Shown: positions 29,358 through 39,226, numbered from the stretch's first letter. The stretch is DNA of 64,000 nucleotides from an uncultured Clostridia bacterium (GCA_946628755.1 CAMOWX010000001.1:1469-65468), one strand, 5' to 3'. Notes: generated from the sequence alone by a model not told the origin. Numbers and translations: made by a program.

Positions 29358-30462
29358 ATGACTCACCTTCGGAATAGTTCATTGACGATACAAGTGGCGT
29401 GACAACCTCGCTCCGTACACTGGCCGTGACAGCACTTGCCTGTTCGATCTCGCCGCAGATCCTGTTGGCCAGTTCAATGAGCCTGTCCATTCTGTTGAGA
29501 GGCGTCTCCGTCGTGCCGTATCTGGCAATTCCCGAAGCGCATACAAAGAGGTTCCTGCAGGGGTTGTGAAGATCCGTTCCGGGATACTTCTCGGATTGCG
29601 CATATCTCGTCTTCGTAAGGCGCCAGCTCTTGATGTCAGACTTGCGGATACCGGGGTAGAGCTTCCGGAACGCGCCGAAATACTCGTCCATTATCTTAGA
29701 GTCACTGGCGATCCACAGCGGGTCGGTAACATCTGTATATCCCACAAGATAAACGATATTGCCGCCATAGTTCCTCTGCCCGAAGGCATTGCTGTGGTTG
29801 ACGATCCTCGCGAAAGGCTGGTCTTCAAAATCCTGATAGTATACTTCAGACATCACGCGCTTAAGGTTCATCATTATAGTCAGCTGCGACCTGTATGTAA
29901 CGTTCATCAGCTGGTCCCTGTCGTCGATCGTGATGGGAAGATTGTGCGAGATATTGACAAATGTTCTGCATGATCCGGTGAAGATGACATAGTCGCTGAT
30001 CTCCTCGTATCTGGATGAGTTGCTCAGCACGCATTCCGTCTTGTAAGCGACGGAGCCGTCGTCACGCCTGATCTGCGTTATGTCTGAGGCGGTGGTGGAC
30101 AGGTAGATCCTGCCGCCGTTATCTGTGATCTCCTGCATCAGACCGTTGATCAGCCTTGCAAATCCGCCTCTGAAATACCCGACCTTCTTGTGTGCGGCCT
30201 TGCCGTGCCATCTGGAATCGCTCCATTCGACGCTTGAATCAAGTCCCAGGTTCTTCACGAGTGACAGCAGGTTCTTATCGGTCTTGCGGAGATGGTGAGG
30301 CAGGAGTTCCAGTGATTCGTTGCCAATTCTCGTGGTAGCAAGAAGTCCGCCCGCGTAGGTCATCTCCTCGATCACGGTAACGTTGTAGCCTCTCTTGGCA
30401 AGCTTCATGGCGCATGTGAGCCCCGACAGCCCCGCACCTATTATGCACACTGATCCAGCCAT
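29344..30462 (-). CDS. FAD-dependent oxidoreductase (protoporphyrinogen/amine oxidase-like), shortened
   Basis: Rossmann IIGAGLSGL...E...AGGL; GYFRGGF; ATG at 30462 with GGAAGG SD. Confidence 0.8.
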   Translation of the reverse strand: MAGSVCIIGAGLSGLTCAMKLAKRGYNVTVIEEMTYAGGLLATTRIGNESLELLPHHLRKTDKNLLSLVKNLGLDSSVEWSDSRWHGKAAHKKVGYFRGGFARLINGLMQEITDNGGRIYLSTTASDITQIRRDDGSVAYKTECVLSNSSRYEEISDYVIFTGSCRTFVNISHNLPITIDDRDQLMNVTYRSQLTIMMNLKRVMSEVYYQDFEDQPFARIVNHSNAFGQRNYGGNIVYLVGYTDVTDPLWIASDSKIMDEYFGAFRKLYPGIRKSDIKSWRLTKTRYAQSEKYPGTDLHNPCRNLFVCASGIARYGTTETPLNRMDRLIELANRICGEIEQASAVTASVRSEVVTPLVSSMNYSEGESYEQR

Positions 30463-30663
30463 TATATATCCACAAACCTTCCTGTCTCTAAGCGAAAATA
30501 GTGCAAATATTCTAACACACCGCCCCTTATTATTAAAGTTAAATTTGATACGAAATGATACGGTTTTTTCCGATTTTCGTATCAATTCGGAGATTTCCTT
30601 AAGTCAGTTTCTGTTATGCTCCGTGTAGCGACGTTGCACATTAAGATTTTGGAGGAAATACAA

Positions 30664-31266
30664 ATGAGTACAGTAAGAGAAATGTCTGAAGAATACCTGA
30701 AGACTGCATATGAATTGTGTGTATTCCTTCGCCTTCACAGCCATCCGGCCCTGGGCGAGAGGATAATGACAACGGCCGTGGATCTGTCTACCCTGAGCCA
30801 CACCACCTGGGCCTACTACGGTTCGGACGGCTTCATCGGCAACCTGGTCAAGACATATGAAACGGCAGACAAGCTGATGCACCTCATCAGCGTTGTCGAG
30901 TACCTGGAGCTTGATTATTCCGGCTTCGACAAGGTTAAGCAGGACACCGAGGCCATCTACAAGATGAGCCGTTCGTCGATAAACACGCTGCATTCCAAGT
31001 CGAACGGTGGCAAAAAGGATGAGAGGAAATCAGGTACTGACAGCGCGAAAAGGCCTACTCAGGAGCTGAAGGACATGCATGGTCAGGGCGAACAGATGCA
31101 GACAGCATCCGCATCGTCTGAAGCGCCTGCGGAACTGCCGGTGATCTCTGACGAAGGTGAGGGTAATACAACCTGCAGTTCCGGTCTGCCGTTCGAGATC
31201 GAAGAAGGCAGCGGCGGCGGAAAAGCCGGGGAGGATGAGCCCGAGGCGGTTGAAGAATCTGCATGA
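30664..31266 (+). CDS. Four-helix-bundle (Avd / 23S IVP-like) protein with acidic disordered tail
   Basis: GGAGGA SD; helical pattern LGERI...A.DL / FIGNL / FDKV..D.E.I.KM..S.I.T resembles that superfamily. Confidence 0.55.
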   Translation: MSTVREMSEEYLKTAYELCVFLRLHSHPALGERIMTTAVDLSTLSHTTWAYYGSDGFIGNLVKTYETADKLMHLISVVEYLELDYSGFDKVKQDTEAIYKMSRSSINTLHSKSNGGKKDERKSGTDSAKRPTQELKDMHGQGEQMQTASASSEAPAELPVISDEGEGNTTCSSGLPFEIEEGSGGGKAGEDEPEAVEESA

Positions 31267-31636
31267 ATGTGCTGCAGGCACATGTTCAATATCGTATCTG
31301 CAACCGGACCGGGGTTCCCCGGCCCGGTTGTTTATGAGAGCGGTAACAGGAAGCCTGAGGAAGTCCGTCCGCAAGCAGTTGCGGGCTTGACTGGGGTGAC
31401 TGTAGTGGCTTGGACGACCGGTATCCGGAGAATCAAGGAATCGGACCGGTATTCTGACTGGTTCACTCACTCACTCACTCACGATAACGATATCGGCGTT
31501 CAAGCGTTTCAGAAGAAAAACGGCAATCCTTCCGAAGAATTTGCGGTATTACATGGACAGTTAGACTGAATACGACCGTAACCGGCTTAACTTATAGTGT
31601 CTTAGACGACTTAATTGAACTGATCGACACGGCCTG
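31267..31636 (+). other. Hairpin-rich, probably non-coding region (candidate structured RNA)
   Basis: ATGTGC/GCACAT, CAACCGG-CCGGGG/CCCCGG-CCGGTTG and CCGCAA/TTGCGG stems; (TCAC)5 tract. Confidence 0.4.
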
Positions 31637-31947
31637 CGCAGTATACTGCTCAATGTAGGTTGCCAGGATTGAGCCCTACTCTGCATACGCAGTATACTGC
31701 TCAAGGTAGGTTGCCAAGATTGAGCTCTACTCTGCATACGCAGTATACTGCTCAATGTAGGTTGCCAAGATTGAGCTCTACTCTGCGTACGCAGTATACT
31801 GCTCAATGTAGGTTGCCAGGATTGAGCTCTACTCTGCATACGCAGTATACTGCTCAAGGTAGGTTGCCAAGATTGAGCTATACTCTGCATACGCAGTATA
31901 CTGCTCAATGTAGGTTGCCAGGATTGAGCTCTACTCTGCATACGCAG
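31637..31947. repeat. Tandem array of 6 copies of a 51-bp palindromic unit
   Basis: CGCAGTATACTGCTCAA starts at 31637, 31688, 31739, 31790, 31841, 31892. Confidence 0.97.
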
Positions 31948-32034
31948 CCTGCCTTCGGCGCCCTTGCGCCAAACCCTGCGGAAGTCCGCTCGCAACCCCT
32001 TCGACAGACTTCCATACTGTTGTATAATGCACAT

Positions 32035-32457
32035 ATGACTAAGAAAAAACTCATTCTGATCATACCGTTATCGGTAATACTGATCCTGACCGTGTCGTTC
32101 TTTGTGTATGCGGGCATATACTATCATGCGGATGCGGCGGCGGACTATGCCGCCGGTAACGCGGACAAGCTGGACGGGGTTATACTGCTGGCCGCATATC
32201 CGGCGTCGAAGCTGGATGGCAGGCTTAAGACAGTGCTGATATACGGATCTGAGGATAAGGTTCTCAACGCCGGCAGGTATGAGGATAATCTGAAGAATAC
32301 ACCGGATGACAGAACGGAGCACATCATACAGGGCGGCAACCATGCGCAGTTCGGATCGTACGGGGAACAGAAGGGTGACGGGACTGCATCCATAACCGGC
32401 AAAGAACAGGTCGACGAGACTGTGTATGTCATTATTGGGACAGTTTTGGTAAAATAA
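32035..32457 (+). pseudogene. Alpha/beta hydrolase with in-frame internal deletion removing the nucleophile elbow
   Basis: TM anchor-YYHAD joins directly to AADYAAGNADKLDGVILLAAYP; GSED and GGNHAQFG retained, no GxSxG. Confidence 0.65.
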
Positions 32458-32502
32458 TACCGGCGAATATATTCGTAATCTTTGTGAAAGGCTGGTGTTA
32501 AC

Positions 32503-33744
32503 ATGGCTAATTCCCCTTTATCCAAACTTAAGATACTATATATGTACGACTACTTTATCCACGAGGTTGATCCGTCTGACGGAGACGGGGTAACTGTGGC
32601 GGAGATCATTGATATGCTGAAGGAGAAGACGGGTGAGATTTTCGAGAGGAAATCGATCTATTCGGACATATCGAAGATCAACGAGTATGTGACGGCGTCG
32701 AAGGGGTTCGGCAAGGGCGACTTCATATATCATGACGGCAAGAGGTACTTCAGAGGGGAGCTTGCGGATGAGATTCTCCTGGATGAGGCGCGCCTTATAT
32801 CCGATTCACTGAGGACGACTGAGTTCGTTCCCGAGCAGCTGTACAGCAAGTTCGAGAAGATGTTTCCGGCATTCTTCAATGTTGAGAAGAACAGCAGCGC
32901 GGTTAGGCTTTATTCGAGGTATCAGACGGCCAACAAGTCGGCGAATAACCATATCAGGGATATACTTACGTTCTTCAGGGCGAGCATTGAGGACAAAGAA
33001 CCTCTGCGGTTCACATACGGGTATAAAGTGACTAACACTGTTGTCGGCAGCGAATTCGTGGTGTCGCCTCTCGTGCTTGACTGGACGAACCGTCATTACT
33101 ATCTGATCGCCATAGATAATCTGGAGCTATACAGTAAGTTCGGGCTCGGTACGAGCGTGACTGACAGTGAACTGAGTACGTGCATCAAGAGATTCAGGCT
33201 CGACAGGATAGGCTCGTACACGGGCGTCGTGTACGGCAGGGATGCTGCGGGATACATGGAGAAGAATCTTCCCAGGCAATATGAGATGATCTTTGCAGGT
33301 GAGAAGGACCTCAGGAAGCCTCAGAAGAATGAGGTGGCAGCTGAGTACCTTAGTTATCACGGATTCAGAAGCGATGCGTCGCAGAAGAAGCATGTTTCCT
33401 CATATATCAGCAATTCTTTCGAAGGATACAGCTCAGTGATCAACCTCAAGACTATCAGGATGTCGATAGAGGCAGCTGACAAGGAGAGCAGCAATGCGTG
33501 GAAGAACGTGCTTCAGGCTTTCTCGGTGCTCAAGGACGAGTTTCCGATAGCGAGCGGATCGATCGTGGAGCAGGAGGCTGACAAGAGAATGACTTTCGCG
33601 GTGGAAGCACCTGACGTGCCGCCGCTGTACAAATTCCTGTTCAGCATCTATACATTTGAATCCGTGAAATTCACGATCGAGAATGAGGAGATACGTGACA
33701 AATTCAGGAAATACATCGCAAGGGCGCTTGAGTCGTTGCAATAA
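32503..33744 (+). CDS. WYL-domain transcriptional regulator (wHTH-WYL), divergent
   Basis: ERKSIYSDI HTH, VSP..L.W....YYL, FRLDRI. Confidence 0.8.
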   Translation: MANSPLSKLKILYMYDYFIHEVDPSDGDGVTVAEIIDMLKEKTGEIFERKSIYSDISKINEYVTASKGFGKGDFIYHDGKRYFRGELADEILLDEARLISDSLRTTEFVPEQLYSKFEKMFPAFFNVEKNSSAVRLYSRYQTANKSANNHIRDILTFFRASIEDKEPLRFTYGYKVTNTVVGSEFVVSPLVLDWTNRHYYLIAIDNLELYSKFGLGTSVTDSELSTCIKRFRLDRIGSYTGVVYGRDAAGYMEKNLPRQYEMIFAGEKDLRKPQKNEVAAEYLSYHGFRSDASQKKHVSSYISNSFEGYSSVINLKTIRMSIEAADKESSNAWKNVLQAFSVLKDEFPIASGSIVEQEADKRMTFAVEAPDVPPLYKFLFSIYTFESVKFTIENEEIRDKFRKYIARALESLQ

Positions 33745-33803
33745 AGCCGATTGTGATTTATAATTTTGGGGTTATTTATTTGTTTTAATAAAGGAGTAAT
33801 TAT

Positions 33804-36485
33804 ATGCAGCCTTTAGGTCTAAATGAGATCCGCGAGAGATATCTCAGTTTTTTTGAATCAAAGGGACACCTGAGATTGCCTTCATTCTCGCTCGTTCCGA
33901 AGAACGACAAGTCCATTCTTCTGATCAATGCGGGCATGACACCGCTCAAGCCCTACTTTACGGGTGCCGAGACGCCTCCGTGCAGAAGGATCACGACATG
34001 CCAGAAGTGCATAAGGACACCTGATATCGAGAACGTCGGCCACACGGCGCGTCACGGAACTTATTTTGAGATGCTGGGTAACTTCTCGTTCGGTGATTAT
34101 TTTAAGAAAGAGGTTATTCCGTGGGCATGGGAGTTCCTGACAAAGGACCTCGAGATGGATCCGGAGCTTCTCTATCCTTCAGTTTACGAAGAAGATGATG
34201 AGGCTTTTGAGATATGGAACAAGGTTATCGGTATCCCCGCCGAGAGGATCACGAGACTTGGCAAAGAAGATAACTTCTGGGAGCACGGCACCGGTCCCTG
34301 CGGTCCCTGCTCCGAGATATATTACGACAGAGGAATAGAGCACGGCTGCGGCAAGCCCGACTGCCGTCCGGGGTGTGAGTGCGACAGGTTCGTTGAGATA
34401 TGGAACCTTGTTTTCTCACAGTTCGACAGACAGGAGGACGGCTCATATCTGCCTCTTGCCCAGAAGAATATCGATACAGGCGGAGGACTTGAGAGATTTG
34501 CATGCGTAATGCAGGGCGTTGAGAACCTCTTTGAGGTGGATACCGTAAGGAAGATCCTGGATACGGTCTGCGAGAAGGCCGGTAAGACGTACGGCGCAGA
34601 CCAGAAGGACGATGTCGCCATCAGAGTTATCACCGATCATATGAGATCTTCAACCATGATGATCTCGGACGGTGTCATTCCTTCTAATGCAGGCGCCGGA
34701 TATGTGCTGAGAAGACTTATGAGAAGAGCCGCAAGATTCGGCAGACTCCTGGGTATCGAAGGCAAATTCCTTGCAGACATTGCTGATGTCGTCATCGACC
34801 AGAACAAGGACGCATATCCCGAACTCGTATCCAAATACACTATGATCATGACGATAATCAACAAGGAGGAGGATGACTTCCTCAGAACTGTTGAGGCCGG
34901 TACTGCGATCCTCAACGACATGATCGGGGCAGCCAAGGCTTCAGGCTCTTCTGTACTCTCAGGAGAGGACGCATTTAAGCTCCACGATACATACGGATTC
35001 CCTCTTGACCTTACTAAGGAGATCGCTGCAGATAACGACCTTACCGTTGATGAAGACGGTTTTGCCGCCGCAATGAAAGAGCAGAAGCAGAGAGCACGCG
35101 AGGCAACGAAGAAGAATGTTTCCGACACCGCATGGGGCGGCAACAAGCTCCCTGACGAACTCCTTGAAGACAAGTCTTCCACAGAGTTCCTCGGATACGA
35201 TCAGCTTGCCACGGATGCAAAGCTTATCTACCTTATGAAGGCAGATGATGAGGGTGCACTCCACATCGTAGATGAGGTTTTTGAGGGAGATAAGGCTGTA
35301 GCGATCTTCGATAAGACTACAATGTATGCCACAATGGGCGGACAGGTTGGCGACAGCGGGATCATCTGCAATGATGACTTCGAAGCAGACGTCATCGATG
35401 TCGCCAAGGATAACGCTTCCAAGTATCTGCATACGATCGACATCAGGAGAGGTTCCATCAAGAGCGGCTGCAGTGTCAGGATCGAAGTGAACAAAGAATC
35501 GAGAATGGCAACATGCCGCAATCACACATCAACACACATTTTGCAGGCTGCTTTGAGGAGCGTCCTCGGCGACCATGTCCAGCAGAAGGGATCGTACGTC
35601 GATCCGGACAAGCTGAGATTCGACTTCACACACTTCGCAGCCATGTCTGACGAGGAGATCAGCAGGGTTGAAGCAATAGTAAATAATGCGATCCTTGAGG
35701 ATATGCCTGTCATCACGAGAGTTATGAAACAGGATGAGGCAAGGAAGCTCGGCGCCATGGCCTTCTTCGATGACAAGTACGGCGATGAGGTAAGAGTAGT
35801 AAGTATCGGTGACGATCCGGATAACGCTTTCTCCATCGAGTTCTGCGGCGGTACGCACATGAAGCATACATCTCAGGCTGGACAGTTCAGGATCATATCC
35901 GAGACGGGTATCGCGTCCGGTATCAGAAGGATCGAGGCTGTCACGGGCAAGGCTTGCTACGAGATGGCTGTTGCAGACCGCAATGTGATCGGCGAAGTTG
36001 CCGACACGCTGAAGGTCAACAGGGACCAGATAGTCAGGAAGAGCGAGAACCTCCTTACAGAGATCAAGACGCTCGAGAAAGAAATCGCTCAGATCCAGAA
36101 GGCAGCTGCAGGCAATGTGGCTGATGAAGCTGTCAATAATGCCGTTACGATCGGATCGACTAAGGCGGTATTTGCGAAGGTTGATGTTGCCGACGCTCCT
36201 GCTTTGAGAGATATGGCAGACCAGATAAGAGACAGGCTTGAGAACGGATTCGTTTTCCTTGCTGCTGTTAACGGAGACAAGGTGCTGTTCACCGCAATGG
36301 CTACAAAGTCTGCTGTTGACGGCGGAGCACACGCAGGTAATGTCATCCGCGAGGCAGCAAAGGCGGCCGGCGGCGGCGGTGGCGGAAGACCCGACATGGC
36401 ACAGGCAGGCGGCAAGGATGTTAGCAAGATAGACGACGCTCTGGCAGCAGCCAGGAGCGCGCTGGAATCCCAGATAGGAGGCTGA
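33804..36485 (+). CDS. alaS: Alanine--tRNA ligase
   Basis: NAGMTPLK, CQKCIRT, FEMLGNFSFGDYFK, HTSTH, EFCGGTH, GGGGRPDMAQAGG. Confidence 0.99.
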   Translation: MQPLGLNEIRERYLSFFESKGHLRLPSFSLVPKNDKSILLINAGMTPLKPYFTGAETPPCRRITTCQKCIRTPDIENVGHTARHGTYFEMLGNFSFGDYFKKEVIPWAWEFLTKDLEMDPELLYPSVYEEDDEAFEIWNKVIGIPAERITRLGKEDNFWEHGTGPCGPCSEIYYDRGIEHGCGKPDCRPGCECDRFVEIWNLVFSQFDRQEDGSYLPLAQKNIDTGGGLERFACVMQGVENLFEVDTVRKILDTVCEKAGKTYGADQKDDVAIRVITDHMRSSTMMISDGVIPSNAGAGYVLRRLMRRAARFGRLLGIEGKFLADIADVVIDQNKDAYPELVSKYTMIMTIINKEEDDFLRTVEAGTAILNDMIGAAKASGSSVLSGEDAFKLHDTYGFPLDLTKEIAADNDLTVDEDGFAAAMKEQKQRAREATKKNVSDTAWGGNKLPDELLEDKSSTEFLGYDQLATDAKLIYLMKADDEGALHIVDEVFEGDKAVAIFDKTTMYATMGGQVGDSGIICNDDFEADVIDVAKDNASKYLHTIDIRRGSIKSGCSVRIEVNKESRMATCRNHTSTHILQAALRSVLGDHVQQKGSYVDPDKLRFDFTHFAAMSDEEISRVEAIVNNAILEDMPVITRVMKQDEARKLGAMAFFDDKYGDEVRVVSIGDDPDNAFSIEFCGGTHMKHTSQAGQFRIISETGIASGIRRIEAVTGKACYEMAVADRNVIGEVADTLKVNRDQIVRKSENLLTEIKTLEKEIAQIQKAAAGNVADEAVNNAVTIGSTKAVFAKVDVADAPALRDMADQIRDRLENGFVFLAAVNGDKVLFTAMATKSAVDGGAHAGNVIREAAKAAGGGGGGRPDMAQAGGKDVSKIDDALAAARSALESQIGG

Positions 36486-36489
36486 TGAT

Positions 36490-36831
36490 ATGTGCTTATT
36501 CTGTGATATCGTCGAGGGTAAGATCCCTTCGACAAAGGTTTATGAGAACGATAAGGTGTTGTGCTTCAACGACATCAATCCTGCGGCACCCGTACATGTG
36601 CTTGTTGTTCCCAAGAAGCATTTCGATGATATCAGGGATATAGCAACAGCCGAAGACGGAGCTGAGTATCTGAGCGCTGTAGCTAAGGCGGTCGATGAAG
36701 TCGCTAAGATCAAAGGCCTTGATAATGGTTTCAGAGTGATCAATAACTGTGGCGAAGACGGCGGTCAGACCGTGATGCATGTGCATTTCCACGTTGTAGG
36801 CGGTCTTAAGCTTAACGAGCATATACTCTGA
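36490..36831 (+). CDS. HIT family nucleotide-binding protein
   Basis: CLFC, DINPAAPVHVLVVPKKH, GQTVMHVHFH. Confidence 0.95.
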   Translation: MCLFCDIVEGKIPSTKVYENDKVLCFNDINPAAPVHVLVVPKKHFDDIRDIATAEDGAEYLSAVAKAVDEVAKIKGLDNGFRVINNCGEDGGQTVMHVHFHVVGGLKLNEHIL

Positions 36832-36836
36832 CAGCA

Positions 36837-37277
36837 ATGGCATATAAGTTCTATGGCTGGCAGGATGCGACAGTTCCTGCGGTAGGTGACGAATACAAAG
36901 GTATCACTTCGCCGCAGGCGCTGTACGACGCTCTGTCAGGCATATGGTGCGCAGATACGTGCGCACCGAGGATGAGGGATGAATGGAGCCCTGAGAACAG
37001 AACATTGGGTCAGTGCTCCATTACCGCATTCCTCGTTCAGGATATTTTCGGCGGGAAAGTTTACGGAATATTAAGACACGGGGGCAATTATCACTGCTAC
37101 AATGTAATAGGAAATGCCGTCTTTGACCTGACGAGCGAGCAGTTCGGTGATGAGGTGCTCGATTATTCGGATAATCCCGAACAGTTGCGGGAAGTGCATT
37201 TCGCCAAGAAAGAGAAGAGACTTCGCTACGAGTATCTCAAGGCAAAACTCAAGGAAGTAACGGAGAGACAGTTATGA
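36837..37277 (+). CDS. YunG-like protein (Cys-His-Asp, transglutaminase-like)
   Basis: GQCSITA, HCYN, FDLTSEQF. Confidence 0.65.
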   Translation: MAYKFYGWQDATVPAVGDEYKGITSPQALYDALSGIWCADTCAPRMRDEWSPENRTLGQCSITAFLVQDIFGGKVYGILRHGGNYHCYNVIGNAVFDLTSEQFGDEVLDYSDNPEQLREVHFAKKEKRLRYEYLKAKLKEVTERQL

Positions 37278-39196
37278 ACGAATTCAACTCCCTGTCCATA
37301 TCCCTGACTGTTGCGGCATTTATCGTATGTCTGTCCAATATCGTTTTTACGCAGACTCAGGGCAGAATGGGGAAGAAGCAGAACAGGATCTTCATGATGC
37401 TCCTCATCATTGTTGCCCTGAATTCCGCCTGCACCTCTGTCACGGCGTTCTTCAAGCCCTTCTCGTTTACATCCGAATCAGCGCATCTGGCTTCTGAGAT
37501 CGCGAGATATTTCTATTATGTTTTCCACACCGTGCTTGCTCCGTTATTCTTCTTCTACACGGCAAGAGTATGCGGCGTTACATTCAGAACGAAGCCGGTG
37601 ATGAAGTACCTTCTGAACGGGGTATTCCTTGCTACAGAGCTGATGGTTCTTGTCAATCCGATGACGGATCTCGTGTATTATCTCGATGAGAACTATGATT
37701 ACCATCGCGGATGGGGAATGATACTCGTATATCTGACAGCGGCCGTATTCGTGTTCCTGGCAATCCTTTTCCTTACCACATCCTGGAAGGCGCTGACGGT
37801 CAAGAGACGTACGGGAATCGTGCTTTTTGCATCCATTGCAATATCGGGGATCATCATTCAGATGGTGTCCACAGAGCTCAAGGTTGAACTTTTTGCAGAG
37901 GCGATCGGTCTCACCGGTCTGATGATCATTATCGAGAATGAGGATGACAGGCTCGACCCGAATACGGGTGTATATAACCGTCAGGCACTCATGATGGATC
38001 TCGGAAGTTACATTATCAACAACAATCCTCTTCACGCTGTAGTCATCAGGATCACGACGCCGGACATAATCACCCACAGAGTTGATATTGACAGTTCGGA
38101 TATGGTCGGGAGCGCCGTTGCGGAATACCTCAAGACTCTTGTGAAGAGATTCAATATCTACCGTTCCGGACCTAAGAGTTTTGTGTTGATCATATTTGAT
38201 GCAAACAGTGACAGACCGATGGAGATCGCAGAGAATGTCAAGACAAGATTCGAGAAGCCGTGGCTGTTATCGGATACGGTGGCACTTCTGTCATGTGCGA
38301 TCCAGGTAACCGGCATTCCCGGCGTTGTGAACAGCGTCAAGGACGCAATGTACATGTTCGACAGCCAGCCGCCGTCGAATACTGATAAGAAGATATTCTA
38401 CGGCGAAGATCTCGATTATCTCGTTAAGAGGATTTCCATTGAGAAATCGCTTGCATCAGCCCTGTCTTCGAACAGATTTGAAGTGTACTATCAGCCGACA
38501 TACAGTATTAAAGATATGACTCTTCACGGAGCTGAGGCTCTTGTGAGACTTCACGATGACAATATGGGAATGATCTTCCCTGATGAGTTTATACCTCTGG
38601 CTGAGGAGAACGGGCTTATTGACTTGATCGATGACTTTGTCCTTCTTGAGGTCTGCAAACTTATAAAGGAAGAAGATCTGCCGGCGCATGGAATCGACTG
38701 CATCAATGTCAACTTGTCCGTGATCCAGTGTATGAAGCCCGGTTTTGTTGAGCGTATCAAGGGTATTGTCGAAGAGGCCGGAGTTGATAAGAAGTATATT
38801 AATTTCGAGATTACTGAGTCATTGTCCGCATCCAATTACGATATTCTAAGCGATGTCATATCATCACTTAAACATGAGGGATTCAGATTCTCCATGGATG
38901 ATTACGGTACGGGTTATTCAAATATGCGTGCTCTCGCCAAGATGGACCTTGACATAATCAAGATCGACAAGAGCATCCTGTGGGAGGCTGAAGAGAGTGA
39001 ACTCGGTGAGATCATACTTGAGAATAACATCCGTATGATCCACCAGATGAGAAGGAAAATACTTGTTGAAGGAGTAGAGACCGGTAAGCAGATAGAGCTT
39101 CTGAAGCCTTTGGGAGTCAATTATCTGCAGGGATATTATTTCTCAAAACCGGTTCCGAAGGATATCTTCCTTAAGATAGTTCACGGAGAGAATTAG
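37274..39196 (+). CDS. Membrane EAL-domain c-di-GMP phosphodiesterase with degenerate GGDEF
   Basis: About 7 TM; GGDEF replaced by GPKSF; EAL, NLS, EITE, DDYGTGYS, KIDKS, EGVE, QGY intact. Confidence 0.92.
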   Translation: MNEFNSLSISLTVAAFIVCLSNIVFTQTQGRMGKKQNRIFMMLLIIVALNSACTSVTAFFKPFSFTSESAHLASEIARYFYYVFHTVLAPLFFFYTARVCGVTFRTKPVMKYLLNGVFLATELMVLVNPMTDLVYYLDENYDYHRGWGMILVYLTAAVFVFLAILFLTTSWKALTVKRRTGIVLFASIAISGIIIQMVSTELKVELFAEAIGLTGLMIIIENEDDRLDPNTGVYNRQALMMDLGSYIINNNPLHAVVIRITTPDIITHRVDIDSSDMVGSAVAEYLKTLVKRFNIYRSGPKSFVLIIFDANSDRPMEIAENVKTRFEKPWLLSDTVALLSCAIQVTGIPGVVNSVKDAMYMFDSQPPSNTDKKIFYGEDLDYLVKRISIEKSLASALSSNRFEVYYQPTYSIKDMTLHGAEALVRLHDDNMGMIFPDEFIPLAEENGLIDLIDDFVLLEVCKLIKEEDLPAHGIDCINVNLSVIQCMKPGFVERIKGIVEEAGVDKKYINFEITESLSASNYDILSDVISSLKHEGFRFSMDDYGTGYSNMRALAKMDLDIIKIDKSILWEAEESELGEIILENNIRMIHQMRRKILVEGVETGKQIELLKPLGVNYLQGYYFSKPVPKDIFLKIVHGEN

Positions 39197-39226
39197 TAAT
39201 TTCTTTGTGCATTGGGAGAGGTGGCA

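Noticed and set aside
30664-31947. Complete diversity-generating retroelement
   Set aside because: No reverse transcriptase and no TR/VR pair found in the window; retained only as a hypothesis.
31561-32034. 157-aa minus-strand repeat ORF and the repeat-derived N-terminal extension of 31660-32457
   Set aside because: A 51-bp unit is 17 codons, so frames stay open by default; the real start is ATG 32035 after a TATAAT box.
32464-32475. LexA (Cheo) box
   Set aside because: Does not fit GAAC-N4-GTTC spacing; kept only as a generic palindrome.
33745-33803. T-box leader for alaS
   Set aside because: Only 59 bp intergenic; no T-box motif or antiterminator visible.
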